NCBI GenBank assembly: GCA_977030845.1
Contig: OZ365109.1
Span: 17,422,001 to 17,486,000 of the forward strand
Reading direction: 5' to 3'
DNA from: Fimbriosthenelais zetlandica
Lineage: Eukaryota
Length of the DNA: 64,000 nucleotides
The notes under the pieces were generated by a model. It was given only the letters and a program-made list of their open reading frames with translations. It had not been told where the DNA came from and made no database searches. The translations under genes were made by a program, and so were the position numbers. The first letter of the stretch is position 1, and each line of letters opens with the position of its first letter. This document shows positions 52,239 through 64,000 of this stretch, piece after piece.

Positions 52239-53139
52239 TGTATATAAAACATGCATGAGGTGCATATTATGCTTCGATACTAGCAATTAACTTCTACTGA
52301 AGTTTTTCTATAATTGTAATTCGCAGATTCCCATCAAGATACTCATTCAAACTGACATTGTACACGCAAATAAAGAAATGGCTTTTTAAATAATAAATTT
52401 GAGTTATGCCCCGGGCTTCAATTAATACCATATATACAAAATCATTTAAAATGGCATATAAAAAAATGGCACTATAAAAAATGGCACTCTAGTGAATGTT
52501 ACTTGTATCCAAACATTTAAGCTAGATAGGCAACAATGGCAGCTTGTCAATAACACTGGCAGGCAGCAGGAGTATACTAATATTCTTGTGGATAAAAGCA
52601 TCACATCTGTGCCCCAAAATGTAAGGATTACATGTCCACAAGCATGTACACGTTGATTTACTTTGGGTCAGTCCGCAGGTGTTACCAATTGTGTGGTATT
52701 CTCACTGTGTAAGCATATAGGGAGACATGGCCATGTGTATGTACACACATAGATTATTCAATGAATATAATATGATATTCTTTTTAAGATACCTTCTCGT
52801 TGTATTTGTATCCATTACTAAGAATTAATCACATATTTATTTATAATAGAAATATATAGATCCATTATTCCTACACACGTAGATCGCAAAAGAAAATCAT
52901 CGGAAAATAGAGGATAATGGGTAAAGACTCTGATAGTAAATGCAATGTAAAATATTTAGTTTATGCAATTAGGAACTGATTCATACATTTAAAAACTAAT
53001 AATTTAGACCGATATTAGTGGTAAGCAATATTTAATTATCAGTATTGAGTATGGGGACGCATCAGTTCATATTCTCAGCTCGGTGAATACATAGTGGAGT
53101 CCATATGTGGTGTTGATTGCAGTGTCTATGGGGAGTAGC

Positions 53140-53880
53140 GACATGGGAGAAAAACAATATTGTAGTCGCGACGCGAGGGACCCTTGATGGATTATCTAAT
53201 TTCCCGCCCGAGATTAATGGCGCATTTATCCTGGGGAAAAAGCCCCACGTTGAGTCCGTTAAACACCCGTGAGTGGCGCGATATTTCACACATTTCATCC
53301 CATGAAAAATTCACACCTCTTTCGTCTTCTTTGTCCAATGGCGGCGCTGCGTGGATGGTGCGCGTCCACGTCCGAGTCCATCTTCATCATTGAGACGCGC
53401 TTCATGATGGAGCCGCGCCGCCAGCTCATTATATGGCAATGGTTGGCGAATATAAATAATCGCGCCAGCTTGTCACGTATCGCTTGAATATATCGGATGG
53501 CTTCCAATAAGACGCCTCGGCCATTAGTCTGTCAGAGATGGTCAACATTTGGAGTGTTTCGGGGCATATATTTGTTGCCGCTCCACAAATGTTACCAATA
53601 AAGCGCCGGCCCGTAATGGCGTGAGGCGGGTGGGCGGCAGTGGTCGCGCGATATCTCCCGCTACCATTCCATATATTAGCGCACACGAGGGGCTCTATCA
53701 CAATATAATAATATCCTAGCCACCCAAGGCTTATTCCAGGGACTGGTAATGGATGGCTGCGCCGGTATAGGGATCAGTTATTACGCCCACATCTCCCCGC
53801 GTCCACTTTTCATCTCTCATTTTGTCAGTTTATTGCGCCCGTTCTCCTGGGGCGCGGTAATTTGTTCCGGCATCATGAGC
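53140..53880. promoter_or_regulatory. GC/CpG-rich non-coding block, candidate enhancer
   Basis: Many CGCG/GCGC words, four TAATGG/CCATTA sites, TCACACCT at 53311, and CAATAAA/TTTATTG sites. No convincing ORF. Confidence 0.35.
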
Positions 53881-56800
53881 GAAAAGTTTCATTCCATATA
53901 TGTGTGAGTAATATCGGTACGTCCATTCTATGTCTGCATTCAATATTGCACAGGGATCAGCTTAAAAGGAAACCAATTTTATAGTAGGGGTCGCAGGTAA
54001 TAATTGTTGTATATATTCAAAGTTCTTAATCGATCGGGAGTCATTTTGCAAAGGAAAGTTCTCTATATTATTTATTTCATATTTATATCGGCTTCTTAGT
54101 TTGAATAATATATTGTATACGTGTATGATAAATTCGTAGCAACAAGACATAAACTGAAATTTTATGATTCATGAGATATAAATCAAATCAAACTACATGT
54201 TCCTTTGGTTTATATTATCAAAGCATAAAAATTCGTCAGATGACCCGCGGCATTGACACAATCAAACTTTGAATAGTTGAACACATATTCGCTGACAAAG
54301 GGACAAATTATGTGCTATATTATACACACAGTGAAGCGAGAAGAGAGACTGTTATTTGCCCGAGCCTCACACCGAATGAAACGAGGGAGAAATGGGTGTT
54401 TGGGAAAGGGGGTGTGCGATTACCCGACAAGGATGGCAATCGTCGACGGCGGCCCACCTCTGTCCTCCTAAACTGTCTCTAATTCTGATGGATTACCTCT
54501 CAGGAATCAGCAAGAGAATTTCTTATCCAAGCCAAGGACAGAGCGGCCAACAACTTCTTGAACTATAGGTGCAAGGCCGGTAATTTAGATTTATTGCCAT
54601 CTCGCATGATGGTTGCCATGGCACCCACAGAGAATGGAGAAATGGGCTAGAATAGCAAGGTAAACGAGTGGGGATGGGTGTGCATGGTGTGTGCTGAGTA
54701 GCTAAAATATCACACATAGAAAAGATGCAGCTTCCCCTTTATTAGAAAAAGTTATCCCTTTATAATAAATACAGACAGCAGGAACGCTAATAATGACCAC
54801 AAAGTGAATCTTTTCCAAAGATCTTTCGCTAAAACGTGAGCCTTTGCAACAAGAAAGAATACCATCCTTCTATGTGCTGATACTTCGTAAGAAATTGAAC
54901 CTTGTTTTTGCAATGACATGCATGACACAATGACAGAGAGAGGTTTGTGAGGAGGATGAGATAGAATTAGAAAGAAGCGCTCGCCTTCCTCTATTTCCTC
55001 CCTCCGGTGCAAGTCTGCGACCGAGGGTGAGAGGGGTTAGATGAGTGTAGCGGGACGTATGGCAAGTTCGCGTGTATTTTCCCTTCCCAACAGACGATAA
55101 CCACATCCTACAGAAGAGGGCGTTAAAACCCCCGACATGAAAGGCCGCGAATATCATTGATGGGCATATACAAACGTGCCACCTCGCGCCTCCATACAAG
55201 CGGCACACTGACTGTAATAAAGGTAATTTTGGATCCCAAGCCCGCCGGAAGTGGAAGGACCTCTATCTCCAAATGTCAGGGGTCGCTTGTCATAGCGGAT
55301 CCGGAAATAACGACGATCCTACTTCAGAGGGAAGGGCCGCGCCACGGCGCCGATGAAAGTTATGTGCGCGGGCGTTTTTCTCTTTGAGCGAGAATAAGGA
55401 TTGTAAGGGGTTTCTCTCTCTGATTTAGAGGTGTGACACGGAAGGGTAAAACACATGTGGGCCCTATGATAAGATGAAAGGCTATGTCGCTAGGTTTTCT
55501 GGAGGGGAATCGAGTGAAATTAAGAGATTAATATGACCTTATCATGCATGGAATGCGTCTGTGGACCGACAAAATACTGGGCCCATCCGCGGCATCTGAC
55601 AAACCAGAAGTTTGTGCCAATTCATCACCTCCCCGAAGGCCCGCCTCTCTGCCCCAACTCTCTGCTTTAATCATATCTAAGGACGACTAGACCTAATATT
55701 TTAGGAAGTAGTAAGCTAGTGTACAAAGGGAGGCAGCCTCTGATGCCATATGTCCATGCCTCCAGTACTTAATAAGTACACACGCCAGCTTTCCTCTGAG
55801 AATGTTGGCGGACTTATAGCGGTCGCGGGGGGACTAGCAAACACCCCGATGATTAAACATTAAAAACCCCTTGGCGCCAGGCTCTGGGGACGCCTCTTTC
55901 TCACCGGGCGTCTGCGCTCACGTAATATGCCCATATTTGGGTGGGGGTATCATAACACATAAATTGGGCTCCCACAAAACCTGCGACGTCGGGCCAATAT
56001 TAATTTAAGCGCCCCTTCTGGCCGATGCCATTAGGGAATGATGTAGCCTTGGTTAATGTCGGATATTCTTTAAGTGCCACGCTAATGAGGATGAAGTTTC
56101 ATCAATAAAATTGATGCAAATGTGATTAAATTGAAAAACGAATTTTACGACCAGCTTGGCACGCCTATCATCTTATGGACAAGCACTTCTTGGGTAATGA
56201 CCATTATTTACAACTATTTTTGTCGGGAGGGTATTTTTTAAAGGTGACAGGAAACAAAATATGATTGGTTGTGCCTTGATTGATTCTTGCCGCCACATCG
56301 TCATGTAAGTTATTAAATTTTAACTTAAACCATCACAACCCTAGGCTTCCCTAAAAAGACATTTACCAAGCATGTCGCGCACATGCCATTAAAATTTGTC
56401 ATAATTAAGTGTATTCCATTAGGCACTTATACAAGAAATTCTTGGATAGACCTGCAGGGGGGAGAAACTGATCTCTTTTTTCATTTTGGCGGTAAAATTT
56501 AAGGTAAAATTTCGAATTAAACGTACACTTAGGTCAATAACCTATAAATTACAAGCCTAGTTTAACAATTGAAATGCCAATTTCATAAAAAGAGTATTTA
56601 TGTTAACTTTGAGACTGTCGCCGGAAATGTTAAATACATCATTGAACACATAAACAAGTTCACTTGGGGCAGGGTCGCAAACACAGTGAATGTATAGACC
56701 CAAACTCAATGGATTTTTTGGGTCACTTTTAAACTTATGTGGCATTTTTACTCTGGGCATATTGAAAGTGACATATGTTTAGAAAGGGAGATCAACATAC

Positions 56801-57003
56801 CATGCAAAATGGATGACCATTTGTTTAAGCTAGTTGTTTTTCGACACGCAGGACCGAGCGACCAACTTAAAATCTGAGGCTCTATATAGTTTCCCTTGTT
56901 CTCTCTCTTCGCTAACTGGCAATATTGTGTAAAATCGTATACGCACAAAATATGCAATTTCAGGGGCCCTGTTTCATAAACAAAATGGCTCGATGATATG
57001 GTA

Positions 57004-57197
57004 GGGGAACCCGGGGAAAAGTGGAACAGTCGCATAAAAAACTGTGCTATCGTTCTGCCATCATTGGTCTGACAAAGACAACTCCCTAACATACAATGAA
57101 AATGCAGTAAGAAAATATAACATTAGGCCTATTGATGTTTTTTAAAATATAAAAGTTAACATTAAAAGTTTCTGTTCCACTTTGCCCCGGGTTTCCC
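57004..57197. mobile_element. MITE with ~25-bp TIRs (possibly pogo/TcMar-like)
   Basis: GGGAACCCGGGGAAAAGTGGAACAG (57005-57029) vs CTGTTCCACTTTGCCCCGGGTTTCCC (57172-57197). TA is present on the left flank; the right flank is degenerate. Confidence 0.6.
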
Positions 57198-60100
57198 AAT
57201 GTATAGCATGTGCTAACGCGGCGAATTGCCGTATAGCTATATATTATATGGTTGTGTGGTCCATTGGATTTTCCTTTTGATGATAAAAGACGAGCATTCA
57301 TTATCCAGATGATAGTTCCAGATGCAGTTTGAATAAACCATGAACATCAGGCAGGAAAAATCGAATGAGAATTGATATTGCATTGAACAGCACTTCAAAG
57401 GCATATTTACTGCACGTGAACTTCAAATCTGTGCATAAAAACTTAACAACTTTTTTTCGAAGTAGAACGTTTCACATGCAAAGCCATATTTTCCCAGTCC
57501 ATCCTATTAATTGATTAGGCATTACAGTAATTGGATATAACTTAAGCTTTTGTATAAGCTCCCAGATCTACTATAGTTACTGTACCTATTCCTTTTATAA
57601 AAACCAAATGAAAGTTTTTTGTTCGAAATTGACCAAAAGTTGGTAAGCATTGGACGCAAGTTCTGAATCATAGCTTATAGGCATATAGGAAAACTCTACG
57701 TCCTTTTTAGCACACTGAAATGAAATACCCTCAGTCAAACTTGATATAGAACCTCGGATTCTTCACGATTTCCATGCATGGAAAAGCTTCGTGGATATTT
57801 GGTTTCAAATATTTCCCTTGGCACCCTTGGACACTGTCTCGGGGCGCTCGTTTTCAAAAACCCTGTAAAAGGCGAAACACATCTTTCACTGAGCTCAAAT
57901 TGCATAAAAAAATATGCACGTTCTTCGGAGGGCAGAAGACCTCATTACAGACTTTCTCCTGAAATATGACCTTATATGGTAATATCACGTGATTCCCGAT
58001 ACCCACATCTCGTCTCCCCGTCCCCTTGGGATGATGGGTCGATTTTACAATGCCATCTTCTCGGAAACTCACGTGCTCGCACGAGAATTTCCAGACTCAT
58101 CAAGTCCCCGTATGTCACCCCAAGGTCAGGCAACAGCTCTCCCAATGGATGCTTTTCATGTCATTAAAAGTATTAGAAAGTTTGCACATTACCCTCGCGT
58201 GGTCAACAACATCCAATACTCTCTCAAAGCCAAGATTTGCATGTTGGCACTTTTCTTTTTTCTCTCCTACCTTCTTCCGGCAGAGCGTGCCGCTAGGGAG
58301 AGCCGCTGTTAAACACGTCAGCCGCTAGAGGGACGAGGACTATTATGGGATGGAGCTGCTCATACCTATATGCTATAGGCCTACATAACCAGCAAGAACA
58401 ACAATATTTAAAATATTTGGCCTATTACGTATCCATGTAGGCCTACGTACATATTCTATAGGCTCTGTATATATTGAATCATCAAGGGAATCTATGCATA
58501 GGCCTACCTGAATTAGGCCCCTACGTAATATTTAGGTTTGTCTCTCGGATATTGGCCAGAATCTGAATGTTCAACCCAACGAATTAGCTATGCAATATAG
58601 GCCTAGGCCTAGCCTATGGGCGCCTGGGATGGGCGCACAGAATAATGAATTATTTGAAGTAGGCCAGGCCAAACTTATCATTTTGATGTAATACTGTTGT
58701 AGTCAATTAAACACAACCTGCCAATAAATGTAAGTCTAGTTGTGAACTGAAAATCAGTACACCTACATTATATTTTCTCCCAATTCTAGAAGGTTCTGTC
58801 TTCGTCACGCCCTACTTATCATAATAGCCATTTATCATTCATTGGCTGGACCAGCTGTCAATCACCCAACCCACGTGACAGACATGACTGACAGAAAACC
58901 CGCGGCAAAAGTTTGTCATCCGTGGAACTTCTACTGACAGATGAAGGTTATTTCATGAAAAGAAAGAGAGTAAAATATTCGGCGCTGATTCCTCATTAGC
59001 CTATAGGAAAATGTACATGTTGAAAATATAGACCTACTAGTTACATGTAGGCATATTTTTGTTTACTTGGACGAAAATCTAAATCCACAATCTAAAATGT
59101 TTAATAATTATTGCATTGTGTGTGCATCTATCTTGGACCAGGCCTACATTGAGGATCGATGTTGCCAAAGATTTAAATAAAGATTTAATTTGTTGTTCAA
59201 AAAAATAGGTTTTAAAAACTATGAAAGAATTAGTATATACGGTAATTATAATATATAGGAATTATAGGCCCCTACTCTTTTCAGAGTTTATGTGTTTCGG
59301 CACATAAAATGGCTCATGTAGTTAAAATGATAAGCATTGGTGAGAAATAGAAATAAAATCCCATTAGCCCAGATTTTTATGGCCGAGCTTCAGCAAAACA
59401 AGCATGTTTCTCCAGAGTGAATTATAGAGTGGCGCGTGCAGCGTTGCATAAAGCAGCCATTGCATTGTTGAGCTACATTAGGTGTATACAAGGTAGGCTA
59501 AGATTTATTCACCGTCCCTTGATGGAAATTCGATACCGGTCCATGGCTAGGTATGAGAAGATGTACAAATGCTTGCGAGGCAAAGTAAAATAGGCCTGAA
59601 CTATCCTGTATGTAACAATAAATTAGGAAATACCTATCAATGAAGCTTGCAATTTGATTGTTCATAAAAACTACTTTACCTCGTGAGTTTGTGAGAAATT
59701 AACAGCTGCCGTTACAATTTACACCTTTCTAGTGCTTTTTGTGAAGGGAACGCCATCGAAAATCGATCATTTTCGAATGAGCTCAGCCTATCAATATTAG
59801 ATTCCCCGGAATAAGGCAACTTAAGCCGGTGAATAAATGTGAGGCTGACAGGGATTTCTCATGTGGACGCATCACGTCATTGGAATCCAAGGCCGGCTTT
59901 GAAAATTCATTCGTTCCGTCATTTGGGTGAGCTGGGGGACAGCCACCCTGCATGCGAAACGCATCGAAAAACTCACTAGCTTTCCACAGCAATTCTGCTT
60001 CTTTGTAAAAGCATTTTAAAGCAAATAAGTGACTTTTTCGCGTGGCAGTCGTACAGGGGACCGGCTTGGATCCTGTCACGAAGTGGCGAGATGAAGGAAT

Positions 60101-60472
60101 TAAGACAATGAGGGAAGATTGCCATCCATCAAGTCCTTGTCCTCCCGCCTTTGAGTTGCTCGCCTGCTGATGGTGGGTGGCTCAGGCACGCAGAGGTTCC
60201 CCTTATATGGACGCTCGGGGGGTGGGGACTGGGGGGTGGGGGGTTGGGGTGTCCTGCAGAGGCGGCAAGACGTATAATCATTCCATATACAATATAGGCC
60301 TACAAACTAACAAGGCTCAATCATAGAATTGTTCCATTGCTCATTTTTTTCTATATAGGCCTACATGTATATCCAATTATTATTTATTCCATTATTTGAT
60401 TTAATTATGAAAAATATTTTAACAAATTATAGGTCCGGTAGGCGTAATATAAAAATACTTTTTTATATCAGC

Positions 60473-60553
60473 AAAGAGTGGGTTCATATCAAGTCTGCTT
60501 CCGTGAAGTTAAGAAAAACATTGGCATTTTTCAGAAGAAACTTAATTCACACA
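60473..60553 (+). mobile_element. Tiny degenerate non-LTR retrotransposon (CR1/L2-like) ORF2 remnant
   Basis: The frame reads KEWVHIKSASVKLRKTLAFFRRNLIHT, resembling the post-RT motif W..HI..I..KA.KTLGFLRRNL of CR1/L2-type LINEs. Pattern recall only; no alignment was run. Confidence 0.4.
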
Positions 60554-62182
60554 AATTATAATAACATTGCATGGCATGCAGTTATTGGCATGAATGTCGA
60601 TGTAACGCCTCCTTATCTTCTTATTTGTCTTTTGTTCTCTGAGAACTCTCATCCTTTCCACTGTTCACTCCTCATTACTTGTTTTGTTTTTAAAGCAAGC
60701 GCGTCCTACAGGACTCGGGGAGTTGTATAATAATTACTGGAACAACCCAAGGCTGTCAGAGTTGAGTGACGCCCCCATTTTGCAGTAATGATGAGTGATG
60801 AAGTCTCTTAGGCCAACATACCCGTTTGAGCGTCAGATTGCGGGGCAATCTTTCTTTCTGTCTGTATGAATTGCAAGATTCTCTCAACGTCACAGATGGT
60901 GAAAATATTGCAGACGGCAGTTGGCTATGGTCAGGTTAAAAAGTATACATGTAATTAATACTTTTTAATGGGGACAAGAATATCATTTCACCGATGAAAT
61001 GTACACTCCAAATATACATGGAGGTTTCAAGCGTCACATATACGTGCATGCAGTAAAGCCCAAGTTTTTCTTTTTCGTTTGTCTTGGGTTATAAGTTGTT
61101 ACTTTCAATATATTTCGGACAAGTTGAACTGAAATGATATTATTTCTAAATACAAATAGGCCTAGTCTATGTATACATACATAAATCCAATGTAAAAATA
61201 TATCACTGTAGGAAAGATTTTCCATTGGAGAAAATAGGGAATTTGGCTTTTTCAATAGTTAAACGAAATTGCACATCAGGCCTATAGGCCTATAATAATA
61301 TTATATCAGGCTATATTATATGTTTTATAACCTAATTTAATATAAGTAATTATCATTAGCCCTTAAAAGTACATTGTGTATGTATATGATTGGGGGTGGG
61401 ATGAGGGGGTGGAGTAAGATTGGGCAGAGTTTCTGAATGGAGGCCATGCACTCCCAACACTGTGTTTGATGATTTGCTATCAACAGTCAACCTCAGCCAA
61501 GTGGACGCATGCAGGGGGTGTCTGAGCTGGATGAATAATTCACTTTGATAATCGCCCGCGGAAGACTTCCACCGGCGGTTTTTCCAACATTTGGACAGCC
61601 AGCAATATAAATCATGAAGGCCGAACGCGGGCAGCTGGCCAGAATAAGATCAATAGGTCGACCCAGACCCCAACCCGATCTCCCCGGCCAACCTCTCAAG
61701 GCCGCCACCACGCGTCATCTAGATGAACTACGAGAGTAAGTGGTAAGTAGTGTATGAAAAATGGGTCTATTAACAGGCAATCCTGTCCTTTTATATATTT
61801 TTTAAACAATTGATTATTTAGATCCTGTAACATTTCCTCTCAAAATACAAATTGCAACTTAAAATTATTGGCAAAGTGCAAACAAATACATGTATACTAT
61901 ACTGGTGGATAAGCAAACGCCCTGTATTATTCATACGATCTGGAAAGCTCTGGGCGGCTGACCGTCCCTTGCTCAGTGGCGCTACCTAGTGAAATTTAAA
62001 AGAAAACTTGACAAGCTGCATTATTATTCATTATCTATCCCTTACTAAGTCTTCGAACAGAATACAAAAGATTCTACCAAGTAGGAAATAATATAATGAT
62101 CTACTCAGTGATAATTAAGGTCACTTGGTGAAATAAAAATTCTAGACAACTTTTGCTCAAACAGAGATTATTTTTGTAATGA

Positions 62183-62192
62183 TTTATTTATT
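62183..62192 (-). terminator. Candidate polyadenylation signal (two overlapping AATAAA) for the minus-strand gene
   Basis: TTTATT occurs at 62183-62188 and 62187-62192 on the + strand, ~220 nt past the stop codon. Confidence 0.45.
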
Positions 62193-62411
62193 ATTATATT
62201 TGACATCCATTAGTGAGGAGTATTTTTTAACAATGATTTACATGATCCTTCCACTTTTTGCGAAACAGTTTGATCTAATAAAAACGTTCATTAATGACAT
62301 GCACACAATTTCATAATTGCGATTTCATGGAAATAATACATTGCATGTTAGATCAGAGTTTGTGGATTTCAAATATTCTGTCTTTTCTGCAGCACATAGT
62401 GCTTAAGCCGG

Positions 62412-63779
62412 TTATGAATACCGGGCATTAAAGAAGTCATCAGAAAGTTGCTTCTTGGAGCGAGAAATAACTGGTCTGAGCTTGGGTAGTTTTGTGGGTT
62501 CCCTTGCAGCCTGTTCTCGGTGGCCTGTGATTTTCTGAGTTGACGGGATGCTTGGAAGGACGTCATGCTTGAAAAGTTCACTCTGCCTTGATCTGAGTGC
62601 CATTGAACTGGTTGCCTCAGGGGACGATGCCCCTGAAAGTCCTCTTGCTCCAGTGATTCTTGGAAGGCAGGGAGAATGGCGGTTCTCTGGACTCTTCCTC
62701 TTGGGCGAGTATGGCCTGTCCATGTTCTGAGCCTGGTCGATCACCTGTCCTTTCTTGTTGAATCTTGGAACAGTCGCCGTTTGGATCCTGGATGGACTTG
62801 TCACCCTTGGACCATTGAGGAAGGCAAGATCATAGCCAGTTGGTGCGTCTTCGTCTGTTGTTTTCAAGCAACGGTCAATGAACTTTCGGTTGTTAAGTGG
62901 CTGCTCATCAAATGGCACTGACTGGGTAACAAATGGAGCCTGCTTCTTTGTGGCTGGCACCATCATGTCCAGAGTTGGACTTTTGGCCTTTGACAGTGGT
63001 TTTTCACTATGAAGATTCATCATGGTTTCAGCCTTCTTGCATGGTTTGCTGGTTCTGGAAGCTTGGTCAGCCACTGGTCCTGGAATGTGAGAAGGACACG
63101 CCACTCGAGATGATGTTGAAACTGGGCTTCGGCATTTCTTGACTTTGGCATCAGCTTTTTGGATCTTCTGGGCACTTTTTGCTGGAGCTTTGATTGCCAC
63201 AGGGATCTGAGAAGGATTAGCAACTCTAGATGTTGAAACTGGGCTTCGGCATTTCTTGACTTTGGCATCAGCTTTTTGGATCTTCTGGGCACTTTTTGCT
63301 GGAGCTTTGATTGCCACAGGGATCTGAGAAGGATTAGCAACTCTAGACGTTGAAACTGGGCTTCGACATTTCTTGACTTTGGCATCAGCTTTTGTGCTCT
63401 TCTGGGCATTTTTTGCTGCAGCTTTGGTTGCAACAGGAATCTGAGAAGGGCATGCTACTCGTGCAGGCTCTGGGCAGGAACGAGTGTCCTTCAGGAAATC
63501 CAAATCATAGCCAACGTTTGTACCATCATACCCAACCTGTGTTTTCTCCGTCTGTGTGCTTGCGGTGCACATTCTCTGGCCGCAGCGACAGTCACGGAAG
63601 AACAGGTCTGGCATTTCAAACTTGAAGAGATCGTACATGAGATCTTGGTCTACAGGAGGCAGACGTTTTGGTCCCACTCCTATGCCGTCAAGGATCTCGG
63701 TGTAATCTCCATCACTGAGATGTTTTTTCGTCATGTCCATCACGAACTTGTGAAACTGTTCATATTCATCTGCAAGAGC
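62412..63779 (-). CDS. Terminal coding exon (5'-partial gene) of an uncharacterised Lys/Ser/Pro-rich repeat protein with 4 SxIP motifs and a TQT motif
   Basis: The 458-aa open frame is by far the longest in the window. The listed TTG start falls inside an in-frame splice acceptor (tttatacttgtcacag|GCT, AG at 63781-63780) next to an AT-rich intron-like flank. The first in-frame ATG is at 63740-63738 (gtgATGG). The TAA stop ends at 62412 and AATAAA signals follow ~220 nt later. Repeat units are multiples of 3 (117/120 bp). No homolog recognised. Confidence 0.85.
   Translation of the reverse strand, partial: ALADEYEQFHKFVMDMTKKHLSDGDYTEILDGIGVGPKRLPPVDQDLMYDLFKFEMPDLFFRDCRCGQRMCTASTQTEKTQVGYDGTNVGYDLDFLKDTRSCPEPARVACPSQIPVATKAAAKNAQKSTKADAKVKKCRSPVSTSRVANPSQIPVAIKAPAKSAQKIQKADAKVKKCRSPVSTSRVANPSQIPVAIKAPAKSAQKIQKADAKVKKCRSPVSTSSRVACPSHIPGPVADQASRTSKPCKKAETMMNLHSEKPLSKAKSPTLDMMVPATKKQAPFVTQSVPFDEQPLNNRKFIDRCLKTTDEDAPTGYDLAFLNGPRVTSPSRIQTATVPRFNKKGQVIDQAQNMDRPYSPKRKSPENRHSPCLPRITGARGLSGASSPEATSSMALRSRQSELFKHDVLPSIPSTQKITGHREQAAREPTKLPKLRPVISRSKKQLSDDFFNARYS
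63081..63461 (-). repeat. Intragenic 117-bp (39-aa) tandem repeat, ~3.2 copies
   Basis: Units start at 63184, 63301 and 63418 on the + strand (period 117). The two middle copies are nearly identical. Peptide unit: RVANPSQIPVAIKAPAKSAQKIQKADAKVKKCRSPVSTS. Confidence 0.95.
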
Positions 63780-64000
63780 CTGTGACAAGTATAAACATCT
63801 GTTAATTCACGAATTTTAAAATAATAATAATTCAGGATTGTTTCAAATACAAATAAAATTAGACGATAGAAATGTATATGTATTTATATATAATGGGGAT
63901 GAATATCATGAAAATAGAATGATGTAAATTTATGTGTATTGCAACAACAGAATGATTTTTATTATTATTTTAAATATGAGAATAGAAGAGTTTAAGCGAA

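Noticed and set aside
30436-60210. CArG boxes at 30436, 55931 and 60201
   Set aside because: The number is no higher than expected by chance at this base composition.
61938-62030. Possible LINE ORF2 3' end (W.AL...KFKRKLDKL with a short ATT tail)
   Set aside because: There is an in-frame stop and the spacing is wrong for the WNxLP...FK..LD motif; too weak to call.

Overview
This is AT-rich animal genomic DNA, almost entirely non-coding. The strong excess of TAGGCCTA and TACATGTA words suggests a marine invertebrate, possibly an echinoderm; that assignment is inference only. I found no prokaryotic operon, CRISPR array, rRNA, tRNA or recognisable miRNA. Only one coding segment is well supported: a minus-strand terminal exon (62412-63779) of a gene whose 5' part lies beyond the window. 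It encodes an unrecognised basic, largely disordered protein with recently duplicated 39-aa repeats, each carrying an SxIP (EB-binding-type) motif, plus a TQT (LC8-binding-type) motif. The remaining ~62 kb looks like a regulatory gene desert or very large intron. It holds non-autonomous DNA transposons: a nested 2.6-kb foldback carrying CTCF-like motifs, several MITEs, and a ~63-bp mini-element family that recurs as adjacent pairs. It also holds simple repeats, several clusters of transcription-factor motifs and a few isolated splice-signal pairs. All motif counts are hand counts and should be recomputed.
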